Source: Anaerohalosphaeraceae bacterium
GTDB lineage: Bacteria; Planctomycetota; Phycisphaerae; Sedimentisphaerales; Anaerohalosphaeraceae
Direction of reading: 5' to 3'
NCBI GenBank assembly: GCA_050309605.1
Contig: JBNRMN010000073.1
Coordinates: 1 to 64,000, forward strand
DNA: 64,000 bases
The notes under the pieces were generated by a model. The model made no database searches. It was not told the origin of the DNA and worked only from the letters and a program-made list of their open reading frames with translations. This document shows, piece by piece, positions 58,907-64,000 of this stretch. The position numbers and the translations under genes are program-made. Position 1 is the stretch's first letter. Each line of letters starts with the position of its first letter.

Positions 58907-60013
58907 TTACTCCTTTTCCAGTTCGTTCAGGACTTCCAGATAAAGCTGCGCGGCGGCGACGACCTGACGAAAGGGGACGGATTCGTCGCGGGTGTGGGCC
59001 TTGGTGAGCTGGCCGGGGCCGAGGATGATGGGTTTGCATCCGGCTTCGCGGAGGAGATTGGCGTCGGAGTGGCTCTTGAAGGATTCCGGCTGCCAGTCCA
59101 TTTTTTGCCGGGCGTAGGCGTTTTCCAGCAGTTCCGGCAGCAGGCCGGTCTCTTTGAGCCGATACCCTTTGGCGATGACCGGGAACTGGACGGAATAATC
59201 GGTGACGCTTCCGCCGGTCAGGCACTCGGCGGCGACCGCCTCGAGTTTTTGGGCAAAGCGCTGGGCGTTGGCGGCGGGGGGGATATGCACGTCCACGCCG
59301 GCCTCGCAACTGCCGGGCACGGCAAAGCCGGCCTCGGAACTGTGAATGTCGCGAATGTTCAAAATCGCTTCGGGGTGGTCCGCTTCCAGCAGTCCGCCGA
59401 GCCGCAGCAGCATCCGCAGCATCGCCATAATGGCGTTGTATTCGCGTCCGGCCATCGAGGCGTGCCGACGGGTGCCCGAGGCCCGCACAAGCATTTCAAT
59501 ATACCCGTAATGCGCCAGGCACGGCATCAACTCGGTCGGCTCGCCGACGATGGCCCATGGAAACGACCGTGCTTCGAGCAGGGCGGTGGTACCGTCGCCG
59601 GATTCTTCTTCGCCAACGACTAAAAACAGGCCGGCGCGTTCGGGCCGGCCGCCGTTTTGGACATACGAAACGAATGCCTCGATCATCGCCGCGCAACCGG
59701 CCTTCATATCCGCCGTGCCCAGGCCGTAGATGTGGCCGCGTTTTTCCCGATATTCATAGCGTTCAATGTCAAAGGCAGCAACGGTGTCGATGTGGCCGAT
59801 GAAGGCGACCTCCGGCCGGGCGTCGGAGAAGACCACTTCGATATTGCGCCGGCCCTCGCTGACTTCACGCTGGGTAACGGGCAGGTCATTCTCATACAGA
59901 TACCCGGCCAGAAACTCGGTCAGTTCTTCTTCTTTGCCGGACGGACTGTAGATATCGACCATTTCCTGAACGAGTGTTTTCAGACGTGCGCGATTGATTT
60001 TGGGTTGTGCCAT
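58907..60013 (-). CDS. M20-family metallo-hydrolase (ArgE/DapE-like deacylase)
   Basis: GHIDTV, G..DMK.G, EE, GEPT, HAS, GPG...AH. Confidence 0.9.
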   Translation of the reverse strand: MAQPKINRARLKTLVQEMVDIYSPSGKEEELTEFLAGYLYENDLPVTQREVSEGRRNIEVVFSDARPEVAFIGHIDTVAAFDIERYEYREKRGHIYGLGTADMKAGCAAMIEAFVSYVQNGGRPERAGLFLVVGEEESGDGTTALLEARSFPWAIVGEPTELMPCLAHYGYIEMLVRASGTRRHASMAGREYNAIMAMLRMLLRLGGLLEADHPEAILNIRDIHSSEAGFAVPGSCEAGVDVHIPPAANAQRFAQKLEAVAAECLTGGSVTDYSVQFPVIAKGYRLKETGLLPELLENAYARQKMDWQPESFKSHSDANLLREAGCKPIILGPGQLTKAHTRDESVPFRQVVAAAQLYLEVLNELEKE

Positions 60014-60043
60014 TGCATCCTATTCCGCCCATTGAATTGGGCA

Positions 60044-60535
60044 TTACTGGTTTTCAATATTCAGCGTCATGTAAATATGATCAATCGGGTTGACAAAACC
60101 CTTGCTTTGAAAGAACTTGATGGCAGCATGATTATCGGCCTGGGTATCGACCATCAGCATGCGCACTTCAGCCTTTTCCATCAGACTGCGAAAGCGATCA
60201 AACAGCATTCCTGCCACGCCCATGCGTTTGTAGGCCGAGTCCACTCCCAGCCAGAGCAAATGGCCGTAGCTCCAGGCAGAGCGTCTTTTTTCGATCACCG
60301 TTCCCAATGCAAAACCGACCAGTTTTTTCTTGCCGATTGATGCGACCAGCATATACTCCGGCTCGGTGTTGAACAGGCTCGTTACCTCGTATTCATCCCA
60401 CGTTCGATAGAGGTTGGATACGTCTTTGGGGGTAAAGACCTTTTCACCGAGGTGAAATATGGCCGGCAGATCGTCAATCGTTGCCGATCGAATCTTAATA
60501 TTCGGTTCAGATGGTGCAGAACCATTCACTTTCAT
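60044..60535 (-). CDS. GNAT-family N-acetyltransferase
   Basis: LGV...YKRMGVA acetyl-CoA motif, N..AIKFF...GF. Confidence 0.88.
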   Translation of the reverse strand: MKVNGSAPSEPNIKIRSATIDDLPAIFHLGEKVFTPKDVSNLYRTWDEYEVTSLFNTEPEYMLVASIGKKKLVGFALGTVIEKRRSAWSYGHLLWLGVDSAYKRMGVAGMLFDRFRSLMEKAEVRMLMVDTQADNHAAIKFFQSKGFVNPIDHIYMTLNIENQ

Positions 60536-60742
60536 AATTCAACCTTTCATTATCTTTTGTTGCTTCATTTATATTCATATAGCGTAAAATCGCCCACAAG
60601 TCAAATATGGGCTGTCCGTTCGATCCCCGAAATTTCGGCCGCCGAGCCGGGAAATGTAGGTTGAACTTGATCTTAAAAGGCGTCTTTTGTCGCTGAGAAC
60701 TTGCCGCCTGACTTATCACTACCCGATGTTTGTTTCGGTGTG

Positions 60743-60779
60743 AAAAAAAAGGGCGGCTGTCAAATGACAGCCGCCCTTT
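60743..60779 (-). terminator. Rho-independent terminator
   Basis: Perfect stem AAAGGGCGGCTGTCA/TGACAGCCGCCCTTT, T8 on the minus strand. Confidence 0.88.
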
Positions 60780-60801
60780 GGATTTGCTCATTGCTTTGAG
60801 A

Positions 60802-61971
60802 TTATAACTTTTTGCCGGTTACTTCCTGGGTCACGGGTTGACCGTCAAAGCCCGACATGGTCATTTCACCGGACAGTCTGTCGCCGTCCACCGTGCCTTT
60901 GAAGGTGTTTTCGATGGTTCGATCGCCAAAACCCATCGTAAGGGTAAAGCTGACAGCATCGTCCTCAACAGTAATATCGTCCAAATCCATTGATCCATAC
61001 AGTCCGGTCAAGTCCGGTCTGACCACGAGCCGCTGTGTTCGTTCGCCCATTTGTGAACTGACGGTCAGCAGCCAAGTCCCCACGGCCGGCGCGTCGGCGC
61101 GCTTGCCCTCGATGGGTTGTTGTTCGCCCTGCGGCGAGGTGACCGTACCGGTCAGCACATCCCCTTTGGCCCGGAAGGAGTATCGTGTCACCCGATCAGG
61201 CTGCTGATCCTGCTGCTGGGGGCGTCCCCGGAATTGCCGCGTGAACGTCAGCACGCCGTCTTTATACTCAACATCCGACAATTCCAGACCACCCGCGAAT
61301 TGCCGCGCAGGCCGTTCGCCCTGATCGGGACGGTCGGGTCGTTCGCCCTGGCCGCGCTGCCTGTCAGGCCGTTCGCCCTGCGGGCGCTGCTGACCCTGTT
61401 CAGGCCGCTGGCCGGTTCTCGGCCCCCGCTGCGGCTGCCAGGAAGCGACAATCTTGCCGTCTTCGTCGGTCGTTACCGAGAGCACCGTAACCATCTGGCG
61501 GTCGCCGCGTGTGGTGGTGATTTCCCAGTTGCCGACAATATCCGGCAGAGCGGGCAATCGCTTCCCTCCCACCTGGACTTCGCCTTGCTGGCTGGTTTGG
61601 GTGCCGACGAGCTCGCCGTCTTCTGTGAGCTTGCCGGTAAACTGCGAGACGAATTGGTCTTGGCGAAACCGGGTACGCTGGCTAAAGGTCAGCGTGCGGT
61701 TTTCATATTTGAGATTTTCAAGGTCGGTAACTCCCCATAACCCGATCATTTGTCCGCTCAGTTTGCCGTCTTTATCGCGCGACAGCGACAGAATCGAGGA
61801 CATCATCCCGCCGCGGGGGCGCTGGGCTTGAGCGTTTTGCGCGCCGAGACGTTCCAGTCGCCAGTCGCCGACAATGTCCTCATTCTCCGCCAATGCCCCA
61901 ACAATCGACGTTACCGGCATCAAAGCCGACATCAGAATTGCCCATGTTCCCAGAATTGCAATCCGCTTCAT
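60802..61971 (-). CDS. Secreted hypothetical protein with three 'VG.W' beta-rich repeats and a QGERP insert
   Basis: GGAGG RBS; signal peptide; IVGDW/IVGNW/AVGTW repeat starts. Confidence 0.8.
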   Translation of the reverse strand: MKRIAILGTWAILMSALMPVTSIVGALAENEDIVGDWRLERLGAQNAQAQRPRGGMMSSILSLSRDKDGKLSGQMIGLWGVTDLENLKYENRTLTFSQRTRFRQDQFVSQFTGKLTEDGELVGTQTSQQGEVQVGGKRLPALPDIVGNWEITTTRGDRQMVTVLSVTTDEDGKIVASWQPQRGPRTGQRPEQGQQRPQGERPDRQRGQGERPDRPDQGERPARQFAGGLELSDVEYKDGVLTFTRQFRGRPQQQDQQPDRVTRYSFRAKGDVLTGTVTSPQGEQQPIEGKRADAPAVGTWLLTVSSQMGERTQRLVVRPDLTGLYGSMDLDDITVEDDAVSFTLTMGFGDRTIENTFKGTVDGDRLSGEMTMSGFDGQPVTQEVTGKKL

Positions 61972-62179
61972 AACACGTGCCTCCAAAAAAATGTTGATGA
62001 TTATCACTCGCTCAGCGGCGTCGCTGAGCCTGTTGACACACGATAGTTTGCCAAAAAAGACGAAAAAATCCTTCTTATTGTCCATGCATCCGTACGCAGT
62101 TTTCAATGGGTTTAGACGAATGCCGGTTTGGCAATCTTACAACAATTTTATTTTTTTGGACAAATCGTCTTGGGAAACC

Positions 62180-62989
62180 TTACGAGCAAGGCAGCATAAA
62201 GCGATAACGGACGATCTCACTTTCGGCGATTTTATCCCTGAGTGCGACGATTTGACGCACCTGCTTTTTTTGTCGGCAGGTGAGCGGCTTGTTGGCAGCG
62301 CATTGATAGGATTTGAAAAATCGCAGCCGTTCGGTGCGGGTAAAAAAGTAGGCTGCACAGACATCCAGTGTCGCCAGGTCGTACAGAGGACAGAACCATC
62401 GATACCGCCAACGCGAACTGGACGGGTCGATCACCTGGAACGCAAACTCGTCCTCTCGGCTCAGGACGAGGATATTGCGCCAGTGATACTGGCCGTTGAC
62501 GTAGCGGCCGGCGTTCATTTTGCGCGTAAATTCCGCCAATGTCGAAAGTAATTTCTTTCGTTTGCGCAGCGTCAGACACGACAGCGAGTCTGCGACAAAT
62601 TGATCCAGCGGCACGGCTCCTTTCACCTCTTCTGTGACCAGCAGCGACAAATGCAGCAGCCCCCAGGACCGCTGGTGTCCGAAGGCAATGACACGCGGTG
62701 CAAGCCCGCGTTTGTTCAGTCTTTTGAGGTTGCGGAATTCCGCTCCGGCTCGACTTGTGCCCACCAAACCGCCCCGAAACATGATTCGCATACGGTCGCG
62801 CCATCGTGGATAATGATAGACTTTGGCATAGCAGCCCGGCAGGGGCGCAGGCGGCTTGAGCCGGCAGAGCTGGGTGGTTCTGCCGTTGCTGACGGTTTGG
62901 ACGGAAAAATCAACCCAGCACTTAAAATTATCCAATTCAAGGTTGGCTATAGCCTCTTTGTATTCCTCTGCAATAAAGCCGTAATTCAT
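62180..62989 (-). CDS. InaA/WaaP/Kdo-type LPS kinase-like protein
   Basis: YAKVY, SRA..E..NL, APRVIAFG, LLVTEE, RNIL, ID, DLATLD, T.TERLRFFK.Y. Confidence 0.75.
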   Translation of the reverse strand: MNYGFIAEEYKEAIANLELDNFKCWVDFSVQTVSNGRTTQLCRLKPPAPLPGCYAKVYHYPRWRDRMRIMFRGGLVGTSRAGAEFRNLKRLNKRGLAPRVIAFGHQRSWGLLHLSLLVTEEVKGAVPLDQFVADSLSCLTLRKRKKLLSTLAEFTRKMNAGRYVNGQYHWRNILVLSREDEFAFQVIDPSSSRWRYRWFCPLYDLATLDVCAAYFFTRTERLRFFKSYQCAANKPLTCRQKKQVRQIVALRDKIAESEIVRYRFMLPCS

Positions 62990-63038
62990 TCCTAATCCGT
63001 TCTCAACACGCACTGTCTGTTAGATTGCTTAAAGGGTT

Positions 63039-63067
63039 ATCATAGCCGTACACCCCGCGGGATTCAA
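63039..63067 (-). promoter_or_regulatory. sigma70 promoter for the kinase-like gene
   Basis: TTGAAT-N17-TATGAT on the minus strand. Confidence 0.55.
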
Positions 63068-63250
63068 TGGAATTCGATTGTCTGTAATAATCGATGGATT
63101 TTGTCTCCGTTTAAGGTGTTCATTTGTTCCGGTTATTCGCCATTTTTTACACAGGGTGATCAAATTCAATCGCATCGTCATTTTTGACAAAATTATCTAT
63201 CCTTTTTCAAATCAAGAAGATAGGTATGTTGCGAAGAGGTGGACACAATG

Positions 63251-63267
63251 CTGGCATACTATTTGCT
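63251..63267 (+). promoter_or_regulatory. sigma-54 (-24/-12) promoter
   Basis: CTGGCATACTATTTGCT matches TGGCAC-N5-TTGC, with GG (63253-4) and GC (63265-6) correctly spaced. Confidence 0.8.
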
Positions 63268-63328
63268 ATTTCAATATCAGCGAGATAATCAGCCTACTTG
63301 ACCCGATTTGACTTTGGAGTCTTTGAGC

Positions 63329-64000
63329 ATGAATGCCGATATGGTCATAGCCGTACCGCACAGGGTGCCTGCCGCGGATTGCCCTCTGCCGAATGGGTCC
63401 GGGCGTCCGACTCATCCATCCCGACAGAATCCGACCGTCGAACAGGATAAAATCTATCGAGACCAACCGGCCGAACACACGGAGACGGAGAAAACAATGT
63501 CTTCGACTGACGCCGATGCAGCGGCCAGCGACAGCCGACGCACCCCGTGCGGGCAGCACAGTGATTTCAGGAAGACCCTGAAAAAACACATTGATAAAGC
63601 CGATTCCCGATCCGGCTCCGAGAAGGATAATGATAAGAATGCAACTCTTACTGCGGCGCAGGATGACGCTGCTCCGATGGCGGCCGTGATTCAGGTGCGC
63701 TGTGCGGGAATCGTTCGGTCCAAGCCAGGCAAAAACGGCTTTGTGCTGGAAAAACGCAATGCCGCCTTGGAAAAAAAGACCGGCAATGTTTCGGCTCGCG
63801 TGTCAATTTCATCTGATCCCCCCCCGCAAAAGAACCTGATTCAAAATGCACGTTTTTCTGCCGAAACGAACAACACAGCCGATTCGCCTCACCGCGACGT
63901 CGTTCGGGATAGCGCATCGCTTGTTGAAATGGCCGGCGAAAAGCAAACGTCCCGGCATGTTTTAAAAAACGAATCGGCATCGGACACGACAGCCGTTAAA
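63329..64000 (+). CDS. 5' part of a long, low-complexity protein (possibly flagellar hook-length control FliK), truncated by the window end
   Basis: 224 codons with no stop from ATG 63329 (MNADMVIAVP...SDFRKTLKKH...DTTAVK); GGAG RBS; sigma-54 promoter. Absent from the ORF track because it has no stop. Confidence 0.65.
   Translation, partial: MNADMVIAVPHRVPAADCPLPNGSGRPTHPSRQNPTVEQDKIYRDQPAEHTETEKTMSSTDADAAASDSRRTPCGQHSDFRKTLKKHIDKADSRSGSEKDNDKNATLTAAQDDAAPMAAVIQVRCAGIVRSKPGKNGFVLEKRNAALEKKTGNVSARVSISSDPPPQKNLIQNARFSAETNNTADSPHRDVVRDSASLVEMAGEKQTSRHVLKNESASDTTAVK

Noticed and set aside
63266..63980. Minus-strand ORFs 63266-63589 and 63648-63980
   Set aside because: Antisense to the better-supported plus-strand ORF that has an RBS and sigma-54 promoter.
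1..64000. CRISPR array, prophage, rRNA or recognisable riboswitch
   Set aside because: No regularly spaced repeats, phage or cas genes, or recognisable RNA motifs were found by eye; covariance-model searches were not possible.

Overview
A GC-rich bacterial chromosomal segment, most likely from an anaerobic, halotolerant planctomycete (Phycisphaerae/Sedimentisphaerales-like). This is inferred from the OmcB-like lipoprotein, a Minf_1886-type PVC protein, an H-X9-DG prepilin-like gene, the planctomycete-style pilM locus and the ablAB osmolyte genes. The window opens with a complete single-ORF IS66-family element with 24-bp terminal inverted repeats. The rest is mostly core and semi-core genes: mtnP, rmuC, mtaB, pilM operon, marR-ablA-symporter-ablB, rnhB-like, lexA, tmk-holB-PSP1-metG, an AraC-linked sugar-utilisation-like cluster, tRNA-Ser(CGA), rpsU, uxaE, rpsT, rnr, envelope glycosylation genes, mtnA/amrB, purE, and a sigma-54-preceded FliK-like ORF running off the end. 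Main leads: (1) a 177-aa ORF overlapping lexA in another frame with two QxxLF clamp-binding-like motifs, behind a sigma-28-like promoter; (2) an Nfu-type protein with a HypB-like N-terminal MCxxCGC site next to a small His/Cys protein; (3) probable pseudoenzymes (GH2, InaA/WaaP kinase, truncated MnmE); (4) a frameshifted prepilin-like gene; (5) several apparently leaderless genes. All family calls come from motif recognition; no database searches were run.
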